From contig JACKJR010000005.1 of NCBI GenBank assembly GCA_020637855.1, positions 83,340 to 147,339 of the forward strand: DNA of 64,000 nucleotides. The letters are read 5' to 3'. The position numbers and the translations under genes were made by a program. Positions within the stretch are counted from its first letter, which is position 1; each line of letters opens with the position of its first letter. Shown piece by piece: positions 20,399 through 30,330 of this stretch. Below the pieces are notes generated by a model that searched no databases, was not told where the DNA came from, and was given only the letters and a program-made list of their open reading frames with translations. Origin of the DNA: Rhodobiaceae bacterium. GTDB lineage: Bacteria > Pseudomonadota > Alphaproteobacteria > Rhizobiales > Tepidamorphaceae.

Positions 20399-21610
20399 AT
20401 GCCGGATGCACTGATTTTCGACCATGTCCGCACCCCGCGCGGGCGCGGTAAGAAGGATGGTTCGCTGCACGAGGTGACGGCGGTCGAACTCGCCGCGACC
20501 ACACTGCGATCCATTCGTGGGCGCAACGGCATCGAGGATACGAAGGTCGTCGATGACGTGGTGCTCGGCTGCGTCGATCCGGTCGGTGAGGCAGGCGCTG
20601 ACATCGCCCGCGCCGCCGTCTTCCGCTCGGGCTACGACAAGGCGGTGCCCGGCGTGCAGATCAATCGCTTCTGTGCCTCAGGACTCGACGCGATTAATTT
20701 CGGCGCCGGCGAAATCACCTCCGGCCAGCATGATCTGGTGATTGCCGGCGGTGTTGAATCCATGAGCCGTGTCGGCATTGGCGCCTCTGGCGGCGCATGG
20801 CCGGTCGATCCGCAGGTTGCGCTGCCGTCCTACTTCATGCCGCAGGGCGTCTCGGCTGATCTGATCGCGACGAAATACGGTTTCAGCCGCGATGATTGCG
20901 ACGCATACGCTATCGAGAGCCAGAAGCGCGCCGCGCATTCCTGGGACAAGGGCTACTTCAAGAACTCGGTGATCCCGGTCACCGACATGAACGGTCTGAC
21001 CATCCTCGATAAGGACGAGCATATGCGCCCGGACGCGACGATGCAGTCGCTCGGGCAGCTCAATGCCTCCTTCGAGCAGATGGGCGAATTCGGCGGCTTC
21101 GACGCGGTGGGCATTCAGGCCCATCCGGAAGTCGAGCGCATCAAGCATGTGCATCACGCCGGCAATTCCTCGGGCATTGTCGATGGCGCTGCCGCCGTTC
21201 TGATCGGCAATGCGCGCGCCGGCAAGAAGCTCGGGCTGAAACCGCGCGCCAGGATCAGGGCCTATGCCAATATCGGTTCCGATCCCGCGCTGATGCTGAC
21301 CGGTCCCATCGACGTCACCGAGAAACTTTTGAAGCGCTCGAAGATGAAACTGTCGGATATCGACCTTATCGAGATCAACGAGGCATTCGCCTCCGTCGTG
21401 CTGCGCTACCAGCAGTATTTCGATATCCCGTCCGACAAGCTCAACGTCAATGGCGGGGCGATTGCCATGGGACACCCTCTAGGGGCGACCGGTGCGATGA
21501 TCTTCGGCACCGTGCTGGACGAGCTTGAACGCCGCGACCTCAACACCGCGCTTGTCACGCTGTGCATCGGTGCCGGCATGGGCACGGCAACCATTATCGA
21601 GCGGGTGTAA
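20399..21610 (+). CDS. fadA: Thiolase (acetyl-CoA C-acyltransferase)
   Basis: [25 protein letters not shown]. Confidence 0.9.
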   Translation: MPDALIFDHVRTPRGRGKKDGSLHEVTAVELAATTLRSIRGRNGIEDTKVVDDVVLGCVDPVGEAGADIARAAVFRSGYDKAVPGVQINRFCASGLDAINFGAGEITSGQHDLVIAGGVESMSRVGIGASGGAWPVDPQVALPSYFMPQGVSADLIATKYGFSRDDCDAYAIESQKRAAHSWDKGYFKNSVIPVTDMNGLTILDKDEHMRPDATMQSLGQLNASFEQMGEFGGFDAVGIQAHPEVERIKHVHHAGNSSGIVDGAAAVLIGNARAGKKLGLKPRARIRAYANIGSDPALMLTGPIDVTEKLLKRSKMKLSDIDLIEINEAFASVVLRYQQYFDIPSDKLNVNGGAIAMGHPLGATGAMIFGTVLDELERRDLNTALVTLCIGAGMGTATIIERV

Positions 21611-21628
21611 GCGGAGAGGGCAATCATC

Positions 21629-23845
21629 ATGACCATCAAGAATTTCACCCTCGACACGGACGCCGACGGCATCGTCACAATTACCTGGGACATGGAAGGC
21701 AAGTCGATGAACGTCATCGACATGTCCGTGATGGATGAGCTGGAGCAGATCGTCGACAAGCTGACGACGGATGACACGATCAAGGGTGCGGTCATCACGT
21801 CGGGCAAGGAGTCCTTCTGCGCCGGCGCCGACCTCACCATGCTCGATGCGTTGCTGAAGCAATATCACGCAGGCGTGCGCCAGAACGAACTCGAAGCCAA
21901 CAAGGCGCTGTTCGACAACTCCCGGCGCCTGTCACAGATATTCCGCGCTCTGGAAACCTGCGGCAAGCCGGTGGTCGCGGCGATCAACGGTACCGCGCTG
22001 GGCGGCGGTCTGGAAATCTGCCTTGCCTGCCACCACCGCGTCGCGTCTGACAACGAGAAGACCAAGCTTGGCCTGCCGGAAGTGAAAGTCGGCCTTTTGC
22101 CCGGCGCAGGCGGCACCCAGCGTGTCGCCCGCATGGCGCAGCCTGCCGACGCGCTGCAATTCCTGCTGCAGGGCCGCGAATTGCGCGTCGTGCAAGCGCA
22201 GGCCATGGGTCTGGTTGACAGGGTGGTGCCGGCTAAAAAGCTTATTGAGACGGCAAAACAATGGATCAGGGACGGCGGTAAACCGGTCGCGCCATGGGAT
22301 GGCGACGGCTTCAAGAACCCGGCTCGCGTCTTTTCGCCCGCCGGTATGATGACCTTCATGCCGGCCAACGCGCTTTATCGCAAGGAAACCTGGGACAACT
22401 ATCCCGGCGCACGCGGCATCCTCTCATGCGTCTATGAAGGGTCGCTGGTGCCCTTCGACACCGCGCTGACCATCGAGTCGCGTTACTTCGCCAACGTGCT
22501 TAAAAGCCCGCAGGCAGCAGCCATGATCCGCTCGCTGTTCGTCTCCATGCAGGAGCTGAACAAGGGCGCGCGCAGGCCCAAGGACATCAAGCCGAGGAAG
22601 CTGAAAAAGGTCGGCGTGCTCGGAGCAGGCTTCATGGGGGCCGGCATTGCCTACGTCACCGCCAATGCCGGCATCGACGTTGTGCTGATCGACCAGACCC
22701 AGGAAGCGGCAGACCGTGGCAAGGCGCAATCGGAAAAGCTGCTCACAGACAGCTTGCGCAAGGGCCGCATCAAGGAAGCCGACAAGGACGCGGTCCTTTC
22801 CCGCATCAACGCGACCACCGATTATGCCGAACTGTCCGGCTGCGAACTCGTCATCGAAGCGGTGTTCGAGGACCGCAATGTCAAGATCGACGTGATCCAG
22901 AAGGCCGAAGCCCACCTGAGCCGTTCGGCGATCTTTGCCTCCAACACTTCGACCCTGCCGATCACCAGCCTTGCCAAGGCGAGCGCCCGGCCCAAGAGCT
23001 TCATCGGCATTCACTTCTTCTCGCCGGTCCACAAGATGATGCTGGTGGAAGTGATCATGGGCAAGCGTACCGGCGACAAGGCGCTGGCACTGGCGCTCGA
23101 TTACATCCGCGCCATCCGCAAGACGCCCATCGTCGTCAACGACGTGCGCGGCTTCTACGCCAACCGCTGTGTCGGCAACTACCTGCTCGAAGCCCACCTG
23201 ATGGTGATGGAGGGCATCCCGCCGGCGATGATCGAGAACGGCGCGCGCATGGCCGGCATGCCGGTCGGCCCGCTGACGCTGACCGACGAGGTCGCCGTGG
23301 ACCTTGCCTGGAAGATCCTTCAGGCGGCCAAGAAGGACCTTGGCGAGAAGGCCGTCGATCCACGCCAGGAAAAGCTGCTGGAGGAGATGGTCGTCAAACG
23401 CGGGCGCCTTGGCCGCAAGGCCGGCAAGGGCTTCTACGAGTACCCCGATGTCGGCAAGAAATATCTCTGGCCGGAGCTGACCGGGCTCGCGCCGGAGCAG
23501 AAGTCCGCCGACGATGTGAGCATCGATGAAATCAAGAACCGGTTCCTCGCCACCATGGCGCTGGAGGCCGCGCGCTGCATCGAGGAGAAGGTGGTGGTCG
23601 ATGTCCGCGAGGCCGATGTCGGCTCGATCCTTGGCTTCGGCTTCGCGCCATGGTCAGGCGGCACGCTCTCCTACATCGACATGATCGGTACGAAGGCCTT
23701 CGTCGAGATGTGCAAGGGGCTGGCGAAGAAACACGGCAGGCGCTTCCGCATCAACAAGCTGCTGAAGGAGATGGCCGGGAACGGCGAGACCTTCTATGGA
23801 CGTTTTCCGCCGGGTGGTGCGGTTGACACTGCGAAGGCTGCCTGA
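21629..23845 (+). CDS. fadJ: Multifunctional enoyl-CoA hydratase / 3-hydroxyacyl-CoA dehydrogenase
   Basis: FCAGAD, GGGLE, GLPEV, GAGFMG, EAVFE, SNTS, HFFSP. Confidence 0.9.
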   Translation: MTIKNFTLDTDADGIVTITWDMEGKSMNVIDMSVMDELEQIVDKLTTDDTIKGAVITSGKESFCAGADLTMLDALLKQYHAGVRQNELEANKALFDNSRRLSQIFRALETCGKPVVAAINGTALGGGLEICLACHHRVASDNEKTKLGLPEVKVGLLPGAGGTQRVARMAQPADALQFLLQGRELRVVQAQAMGLVDRVVPAKKLIETAKQWIRDGGKPVAPWDGDGFKNPARVFSPAGMMTFMPANALYRKETWDNYPGARGILSCVYEGSLVPFDTALTIESRYFANVLKSPQAAAMIRSLFVSMQELNKGARRPKDIKPRKLKKVGVLGAGFMGAGIAYVTANAGIDVVLIDQTQEAADRGKAQSEKLLTDSLRKGRIKEADKDAVLSRINATTDYAELSGCELVIEAVFEDRNVKIDVIQKAEAHLSRSAIFASNTSTLPITSLAKASARPKSFIGIHFFSPVHKMMLVEVIMGKRTGDKALALALDYIRAIRKTPIVVNDVRGFYANRCVGNYLLEAHLMVMEGIPPAMIENGARMAGMPVGPLTLTDEVAVDLAWKILQAAKKDLGEKAVDPRQEKLLEEMVVKRGRLGRKAGKGFYEYPDVGKKYLWPELTGLAPEQKSADDVSIDEIKNRFLATMALEAARCIEEKVVVDVREADVGSILGFGFAPWSGGTLSYIDMIGTKAFVEMCKGLAKKHGRRFRINKLLKEMAGNGETFYGRFPPGGAVDTAKAA

Positions 23846-23942
23846 ACCTGCCATGTGAAGGCCGGATTCATCCGCCACAAAACCGTCTGTTGCGGGCCGG
23901 CTGCAAGGCCGTCCCTGCAGTTGTCCTGTATGGAGTAAAACC

Positions 23943-24416
23943 ATGCCTGTTGGCGTCATTTTCCGCGTTCTCATTGCGATTGGGATTTGTGCCGCGGTTG
24001 CGGTCGCGGTGCGGGCGGAAACCGCGCCTTCCGACGAAAACGGGCGCTATCTGTTGCGCAAGGCCGAGGATGGCTGGTTCCGGGTCGACCAGAAAACCGG
24101 ACAGGCGTCGCTGTGCCGGGAAGGCAATGTCGGCTTCACCTGCGAACTGGTCCCCGATGACCGCGATGCCCTGCTCGACGAGATTACCCGGCTGGCGGAG
24201 GAAAACGCCATGCTGCGCGCTCAGGTCGCAAAGGGCGGCATGCCGCAATTGCCGGGCAAAGCCGATACGCCGGATGCGAAGAAGGATGACGGTATAAAGC
24301 TGCCGAGCAGGGAAGACCTCGACAAGGTGATGGAGACCTTTCGTGCGATGGCCGAACGCTTCATGGCCATGGTGAAAGACCTCGAGAAACAGTTCTCGGA
24401 GGAATCGAAGCAATAG
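23943..24416 (+). CDS. Hypothetical exported protein with coiled coil
   Basis: RBS GGAG, signal-like N-terminus, two Cys, heptad DEITRLAEENAMLRAQV. Confidence 0.7.
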   Translation: MPVGVIFRVLIAIGICAAVAVAVRAETAPSDENGRYLLRKAEDGWFRVDQKTGQASLCREGNVGFTCELVPDDRDALLDEITRLAEENAMLRAQVAKGGMPQLPGKADTPDAKKDDGIKLPSREDLDKVMETFRAMAERFMAMVKDLEKQFSEESKQ

Positions 24417-24421
24417 CGTTT

Positions 24422-25399
24422 TCAGGCAGCCGCAATCGCTGCGTTGAGGAAATCATCGATCCGCCGAAGCCCGTCCTGCGCCAGTTTCCCCGGAAAGGCC
24501 TGGAAGACATGCGCCCCGCCGGGAAAGACACCAAGCTCAGTGTCATTGCCTGCCGCCGCCCATAGCGGTGCCATCATCAGCGTATCATCCAGCAGCAGGT
24601 CGCGCGTTCCAACCGAGAAGAGAGCCGGGCACAGGCCGGAGAGATCGGCCAGCATCGGCGAGATGGCCGGATCCTCGACGGAATATTCCCCCTGCACGAA
24701 GCATTCGCAGAACTTCTCGATGTCGCGGGTGTTGAGAACAAGCTTCTCCGTACCCCAGCGGCGCACGCTGGGCGTCTGCCTGAGGTCGTAGCAGCCGGCA
24801 ACCAGATTGGCTCCCGCGAAAGGCATCACCCGATGAACATCACGCAGCCTGATCAGCGTCAGCACCGAAAGATGCGCGCCGGCGGATTCCCCGCCAATGG
24901 CCAAGGCGCCGCCACCCAGGTCTTTCAGCCCGCCGCTCAGCAACCATAGGGCTGTGTCCTCGCAATCGTCCGGCCCTGCGGGATAGGGATGTTCCGGCGA
25001 CAGCCGGTAGTCGACGCTGACGACGGTCAGGCCGGTGTTCTCCGCGATGCGCTGCAGGCGCGGATCGTTCTCGCGCGCAGCACCCACCACCCATCCGCCG
25101 CCATGGATGTGCAGGTAGACGCCACGCGAGTCGCGCGCCAGCGGCGCGATGATCCGCAGGGGAATGGGGCCACCACGTCCCTCGATTTCAGTAACACGGG
25201 CATTCTCGGCAGGCTCCACGACGGGGAAGGGACCAAGCCCCTGCGCGCGGCGGTCGCGGATCACCTGCGGCGGAAACGTCCACATGTCGGGAAGGCCGGA
25301 AAGCGCCTTCAGGATGCCGGCGTTGATCGCCTTCGTTTCGGCGCTGATGGAGGCGGGGTCGAAGACGGCGGGATCGAGAGTGAGGCCGGATTGGCTCAT
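24422..25399 (-). CDS. Alpha/beta hydrolase (HSL-type esterase)
   Basis: HGGGW, DYRLSPEHPYPA, GESAG, acid residue in DLLLDD, catalytic His in GAHVF. Confidence 0.9.
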   Translation of the reverse strand: MSQSGLTLDPAVFDPASISAETKAINAGILKALSGLPDMWTFPPQVIRDRRAQGLGPFPVVEPAENARVTEIEGRGGPIPLRIIAPLARDSRGVYLHIHGGGWVVGAARENDPRLQRIAENTGLTVVSVDYRLSPEHPYPAGPDDCEDTALWLLSGGLKDLGGGALAIGGESAGAHLSVLTLIRLRDVHRVMPFAGANLVAGCYDLRQTPSVRRWGTEKLVLNTRDIEKFCECFVQGEYSVEDPAISPMLADLSGLCPALFSVGTRDLLLDDTLMMAPLWAAAGNDTELGVFPGGAHVFQAFPGKLAQDGLRRIDDFLNAAIAAA

Positions 25400-25454
25400 G
25401 AGGGAGTTTCCGTTGTTTACGCGGGCAGATAGAGTTCGGTTAGATCGGTACTGA

Positions 25455-25502
25455 AGCAATTCCAGGAAAAGTGTAAGCGGTTTTCCGTCCGGAATTGCGT
25501 AA
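25455..25502 (+). repeat. Intergenic palindromic repeat, copy 2
   Basis: AGCAATTCCAGGAAAAGTGTAAGCGGTTTTCCGTCCGGAATTGCGTAA is identical over 48 nt to 62220-62267. Confidence 0.95.
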
Positions 25503-25530
25503 ATTATGAATCTTTAAGAAGGCAAGCCGC

Positions 25531-25947
25531 ATGCGCAATTGTCAGCATATTGTGCAGATCGACACTGAAGGTCAGGGCATGACCGACATAACCTCCGGCG
25601 TTGCCCGCTGGCTTGCTGTTGAAAAGGTGCAAACCGGCTTGCTGACCCTTTTCATCCGCCACACGTCGGCGTCGCTGACAATTCAGGAGAACGCCGACCC
25701 TACGGTGCAGGTCGATCTGATGGACGCGCTTGACGGTCTTGCTTCGCGCGATGCGCCATACCGCCATCACACCGAGGGTCCGGATGACATGCCGGCTCAT
25801 ATCCGTTCCATGCTGACGGATGTTTCGCTCCAGGTCCCCGTGCGCGATGGGCGCATGCTGCTCGGCACCTGGCAGGGCATCTATGTCATCGAACACCGCG
25901 ACCGGCCGCACCGCCGCGAAGTGGTGATGCATTACGCCGGCGACTGA
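25531..25947 (+). CDS. yjbQ: YjbQ/UPF0047 family protein
   Basis: HTSASLTIQENADPTV, HHTEGPDDMPAHI, LGTWQGI, EHR. Confidence 0.9.
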   Translation: MRNCQHIVQIDTEGQGMTDITSGVARWLAVEKVQTGLLTLFIRHTSASLTIQENADPTVQVDLMDALDGLASRDAPYRHHTEGPDDMPAHIRSMLTDVSLQVPVRDGRMLLGTWQGIYVIEHRDRPHRREVVMHYAGD

Positions 25948-25951
25948 CGGG

Positions 25952-26338
25952 TCACATCAGGACGAAACCTTCCGGCAGCGTCAGCCACAGCGCAATTGCA
26001 ACCACCCAGAACACCGCCGCAACAGCTGCAACATGATTGGCAAAGGTGAAATAGGTGTCTTGCAGAGTCTGGCCGGCAAGCTTCTGGGCTTGTTCGGCAA
26101 CGGGCCGCTCGTTCTTCTTCAGCATGATCCACAGTTCCGTCTTGCGATAGTCGCGGAACGGTGCCTGTTGGGCGCGGAAGATGAGGATGACAGCGAGGCC
26201 CGTGGTCAGCATGGCGCCGGTCTTGGCGGCGAGAATCGGATCGTAGCTCAGGCCAAGGACAATGCAGACGATCGCCAGCCCGGCGAAGCCACAGCCCCGG
26301 GCGACAGATATCAAGGCAAGTGAGTTAAGTTTCTCCAT
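25952..26338 (-). CDS. Hypothetical 3-TM membrane protein (paralog A)
   Basis: Three hydrophobic segments; aligns by eye with 26441-26800. Confidence 0.7.
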   Translation of the reverse strand: MEKLNSLALISVARGCGFAGLAIVCIVLGLSYDPILAAKTGAMLTTGLAVILIFRAQQAPFRDYRKTELWIMLKKNERPVAEQAQKLAGQTLQDTYFTFANHVAAVAAVFWVVAIALWLTLPEGFVLM

Positions 26339-26440
26339 GCCGTCATGCCGTCGTTTGCTGTGGCAGATTTCACCACAGATGCCGGCAAGGGCAAGTCACG
26401 TTTTCTTGCGATGCTACAAGTTTGCTGCGGGCGCAGAGGT

Positions 26441-26800
26441 TCAGATAGACATCACGAACGGAAGCATGATCGAAAGCGCCAGCAGGCAGGCCGACAAGCC
26501 GGCCATCGCCTGGGCAAACCAGACATCGGCATCGATGGGCTTGCTGACAGCGCGTGTGAATGCGAGTTCGGCACCGTCGCGATGTGGCGCATTCGGCCAG
26601 AACGGCAGGCCGGTAAGCGCGCCGCGGCGCACCGCGCGCAGGCAGAAGGCAATCGCAAAACCCAGGCTCATCAGGCCGCCGAATTTGGCGCCGGCGGCGA
26701 TGTCGTCGCCATAGCCGAGCATGATCCAGGTCAGCGCAAAGCATGCCACGCCAAAGACGCAGCCGGCTTCCATCATGTTCGGATCGTTCAAATCGGGCAT
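26441..26800 (-). CDS. Hypothetical 3-TM membrane protein (paralog B)
   Basis: RBS GGAGAG upstream, three hydrophobic segments, homologous to the neighbouring ORF. Confidence 0.65.
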   Translation of the reverse strand: MPDLNDPNMMEAGCVFGVACFALTWIMLGYGDDIAAGAKFGGLMSLGFAIAFCLRAVRRGALTGLPFWPNAPHRDGAELAFTRAVSKPIDADVWFAQAMAGLSACLLALSIMLPFVMSI

Positions 26801-26931
26801 CTCGTCTCTCCACGATCATCGCGCATGCGGCAGACATTTGCGCACGCCTTTCCAAGATCATGGGGGACGGGGTTTAAGAAAGCCTTTTCCCGAACGGTTA
26901 ATTGCCTGTCGACGCGCCTTCGTGCGCAGTC

Positions 26932-27288
26932 TCAATGCGCGAGATTGTAGATGATGCGGGCGATATCGCTTTCCAGCGGGAAGGAGAGCATACCCATGAC
27001 GTGATAGCCGAGGATCCACGGCAACACGTAGAAACGGATGATGAAGAAGAACCAGGCCACGAAGAGCGGCACCATGGGATCGAGCAGGAAGCCCGGCGTG
27101 ATCGGCCTGAAGATGCGCAGGATCGGGTTTGTCGCGCGTACGAAAAACTTCATGAAGAAGAAATCGGAATCCTCGCGCAGGAAGATGTTCATCGCCGAGC
27201 GCCCGATCAACGTCCACATGATGACGCCAAGGACATAGTCGAGAACGACGACCCACAGCGGATAGATATCGAGCGGAGGCGTTTCCAT
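26932..27288 (-). CDS. YggT-like small membrane protein
   Basis: TM - FFVRATNPILRIFRPITP - TM pattern typical of YggT; RBS GGAG. Confidence 0.65.
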   Translation of the reverse strand: METPPLDIYPLWVVVLDYVLGVIMWTLIGRSAMNIFLREDSDFFFMKFFVRATNPILRIFRPITPGFLLDPMVPLFVAWFFFIIRFYVLPWILGYHVMGMLSFPLESDIARIIYNLAH

Positions 27289-27350
27289 CGGTGATCTCCG
27301 TTGTCCGGCGTGGCAGGTTTTCCGCGCATCTTATAATCGCTCATGCGCTC

Positions 27351-27384
27351 AAAAGAAGAGGGCGGGGCACGTGCCCCGCCCTCT
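27351..27384 (-). terminator. Intrinsic terminator after the symporter gene
   Basis: AGAGGGCGGGGC-ACGT-GCCCCGCCCTCT perfect hairpin followed by TCTTTT on the minus strand. Confidence 0.75.
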
Positions 27385-27406
27385 GTATCTTACTTCGGGA
27401 TGTCGC

Positions 27407-29215
27407 TTAGTGCGACGAACCCAGAATGGTCTCGCCGCTCGGGATACGGGTATCGTCGACCATCTTCTGAATCTCGGCGGAAGGCGCCGGGGTCAGAAGG
27501 CTGACGACGATCATGCAGATCAGGCTGACCGGCATGCCGATGATACCGAAGCGGATGTGGTCGATGCCCCACCACGGTGCCATGCCGCCGGCATAGACCA
27601 TGTAGAGGTACCACGAACCGACGCAGAAACCGCCGACCATGCCGGCGATGGCGCCGGCCTTGTTGGCACGCTTCCACCACACGCCGAGAACCAGCGGGAA
27701 GAACAGGCCGGAGCAGGCAAAGTCGAATGCCCATGCCACGGAGCCGAGAATTCCCGTCAGTCTCAGTGATGCGACGGCCGCGCCTGCCGCGCCGATGAAC
27801 AGCAGCAGGACACGTGCAACGATCAGGCGCTTCCTGGTGTCCGCCTTCGGGTCGATGATCTTGTAGTAGAGATCATGCGACAGCGCGTTGGCGATCGCCA
27901 GCAGCAGACCATCGGCGGTCGACATGGCAGCCGCCAGGCCGCCGGCAGCCACGAGGCCGGAGATCACGTAGGGAAGCCCTGCGATTTCCGGAGTGGCGAG
28001 CACGACGATGTCGGGCCGCATGAAGAACTCGTTCAACTGAACGATTCCATCGCCGCTCTGGTCGGCAACCGCGAGCATGCCCACGGACGACCAGTGCTTG
28101 ACCCATTCGAGGTTCGAGACTTCCTCGAAGGACTTGCCGATGACCGAGGTCGCAAGGTTCGGATCAAGCAGCTGCAGCTTCGTCAGCGTGGCAAGAGCCG
28201 GTGCCGAGAAGTACAGGAAGAAGATGAACAGCAGCGACCAACCGACCGAACGGCGAGCCGCACGGACGGACGGGGTGGTGAAGTAACGCATCAGGATGTG
28301 GGGCAGCGAAGCCGTGCCGCACATCATGCAGATGGCGAGTGTAACCATTCCCCATTCGTTGCCGGCAGGCGAGTTCTGCGGCGTGGTGAGCACCCTGACG
28401 CCCTTGACGCCAACGTCCCCTGCAGCCTTGCTCAGTCCGTACTGCGCTTCCAGCTCGGCAATGCGGTGCACCGCGCCACCATAGGAGAAGTGCGGAATGA
28501 TGCCGAAGCCCTGCTTGTTGGACATCCAGATGATCGGCGTCAGATAGGCGATGATCAGCACGATGTACTGGGCCACCTGGGTCCAGGTCACGCCGCGCAT
28601 ACCACCGAGCATCGAACACACGAAGATGCCGAGAAGGCCCATCCACACGCCGAGTTCGAACGGAACGCCGAGCGTTTGTGCGGCAATCGTTCCCGTCGCG
28701 TTGATCTGTGCCGTCACGTAGGTGAACGAAGCCACCACGAGAACGACGATCGCGCAGAAACGGGCAAGGTTGCCGCCGTAACGGGTGCCGATGAAGTCGG
28801 GAACCGTATAGCAGCCAAACTTGCGCAGGTACGGCGCCATCAGCGAGTTGACGAGCACGTAGCCGCCCGTCCAGCCGATGATGAACCCGAGATACGGGTA
28901 ACCGCCGAAGTAGACGCCGCCGGCGAGTGCCACGAACGATGCGCCGGACATCCAGTCCGCCGCCGTGGCCATGCCGTTGTAGAGCGCCGGAACTTCGCGT
29001 CCCGCCACGTAGTAGGCTGATGCCTCAGCCGTGCGCGACAGGTAGCCGATGATGGCATAGATCGCGATGGTGAAGCACAGGAAGCCGATGCCAATGGCTT
29101 TCGCGCCGGCACCCATCTTCTCGAACACCGCCATCAGAACGAAGAATGCGAGGAAGCCAAGCGTGTACAGCGCGTACACCTTGGCCAGATTATCGGTAAA
29201 TTTTCCCTTGATCAT
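27407..29215 (-). CDS. Sodium:solute symporter, VC_2705/ActP-like (probable acetate/monocarboxylate permease)
   Basis: YYVAGR, GMATAADWMSGASF, LRKFGCYTVPDF, GTASLPHILMRYFT, AAMSTADGLL. Confidence 0.9.
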   Translation of the reverse strand: MIKGKFTDNLAKVYALYTLGFLAFFVLMAVFEKMGAGAKAIGIGFLCFTIAIYAIIGYLSRTAEASAYYVAGREVPALYNGMATAADWMSGASFVALAGGVYFGGYPYLGFIIGWTGGYVLVNSLMAPYLRKFGCYTVPDFIGTRYGGNLARFCAIVVLVVASFTYVTAQINATGTIAAQTLGVPFELGVWMGLLGIFVCSMLGGMRGVTWTQVAQYIVLIIAYLTPIIWMSNKQGFGIIPHFSYGGAVHRIAELEAQYGLSKAAGDVGVKGVRVLTTPQNSPAGNEWGMVTLAICMMCGTASLPHILMRYFTTPSVRAARRSVGWSLLFIFFLYFSAPALATLTKLQLLDPNLATSVIGKSFEEVSNLEWVKHWSSVGMLAVADQSGDGIVQLNEFFMRPDIVVLATPEIAGLPYVISGLVAAGGLAAAMSTADGLLLAIANALSHDLYYKIIDPKADTRKRLIVARVLLLFIGAAGAAVASLRLTGILGSVAWAFDFACSGLFFPLVLGVWWKRANKAGAIAGMVGGFCVGSWYLYMVYAGGMAPWWGIDHIRFGIIGMPVSLICMIVVSLLTPAPSAEIQKMVDDTRIPSGETILGSSH

Positions 29216-29224
29216 GACGCCCCC

Positions 29225-29485
29225 CTATTCGTCCGCGACGCCGAACTCTTCATCGATCGCATCCTGGCGCCAGTTCTGGAACCAGATGAGAACGACGAAG
29301 CCGATCAGCGACCCCTGGACACACATGTAGTAGCCCAGCGGGAAGCCCAGGAAGTTCATCGAGTTAAGAGAATTTGTAATCCAAGGCACGACCATTGAGA
29401 GAATGAACCACACAATCAGCACCAGAATGGTCAGATTGCGGGTCTTCTCCCAATGCCGCGCAGCTGCGTCGGCATTGGCAGACAT
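29225..29485 (-). CDS. DUF4212 small partner subunit of the symporter
   Basis: HW..TRNLT, FLGFPLGYY..QGS, DEEFGV; sits directly upstream of the SSS gene. Confidence 0.88.
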   Translation of the reverse strand: MSANADAAARHWEKTRNLTILVLIVWFILSMVVPWITNSLNSMNFLGFPLGYYMCVQGSLIGFVVLIWFQNWRQDAIDEEFGVADE

Positions 29486-29645
29486 TCGGGTTTCCTCCCC
29501 CACTTTAATTACGTACCGACTAGCACGGCACGATAAAACACTGCCCGGACTCCCGGCACAGTGTCGGAAGAATACTTGTAAGCCCGATCACATGGCTTAT
29601 GAATAAGACCATGGTAGCGGTCTGTTAATTATTGGCTCCGGTGGA

Positions 29646-30308
29646 ATGTTTGCCTTTCTGAAAAACAGTACGGAATTCATGCGTGAGTTTGCCGGGCGTC
29701 TTGTTTCCGGGCGGGATTCGGGCGCCTTGGCGGATGCCGCGAGCCTTTGTTATTTCGCCCGCACCCGCGCCGCCTACGTCACCCAGAAGAAGCTCTACGA
29801 ATACGTCAAGGCTCGCATGGGCACGAGCTATCCGCGCAACTTCGAGAATGACGATTTCATCGCGTCCATGAACATTGCCAAGATGCATGTCTTCGCCGCA
29901 GGTCTCGCCGACATGACCATGTTTGCCGTTGCCAACGGCACGGATCGGACGAGCCTGAGCGATGATGACCGCGCCGTCATCGCCCGCCAGTGTTATGTTG
30001 CCGGGCTCGACGAGAACGACGACGGCAACGTGGTGCCCGAACATCGTGATGAATGGATGGCGGCCCTCGATGACCGTATGGGCGGCGCGGTCTGGCGTGT
30101 GACCGGGGCCGACGAACACCATTTCACCCAGAGTCCGAAGGCGTTGGTGAAATGGGCGCCGATTACTGATTCGCTCAAGAAGTATGATGTCGACATCGTG
30201 GAAAATTCGATCCGTTTCGCCTGGCAGGAAGTGCGGAGCGATTTCTTCAAGCGGGTCGATCCGCAGGCGATTGCGGCATCATGGCTGAACAGCGGGGATA
30301 ACCGCTGA
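29646..30308 (+). CDS. Hypothetical soluble protein, co-oriented with the response regulator
   Basis: 220-aa ORF with host-like codon usage that fills the gap and ends 22 bp before the regulator; no motif recognised. Confidence 0.7.
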   Translation: MFAFLKNSTEFMREFAGRLVSGRDSGALADAASLCYFARTRAAYVTQKKLYEYVKARMGTSYPRNFENDDFIASMNIAKMHVFAAGLADMTMFAVANGTDRTSLSDDDRAVIARQCYVAGLDENDDGNVVPEHRDEWMAALDDRMGGAVWRVTGADEHHFTQSPKALVKWAPITDSLKKYDVDIVENSIRFAWQEVRSDFFKRVDPQAIAASWLNSGDNR

Positions 30309-30330
30309 CAATACAGGGGGAGGAACGCGC

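Noticed and set aside
25455-25502. Repeat as a CRISPR direct repeat
   Set aside because: Copies are tens of kb apart, with no spacer array and no cas genes.
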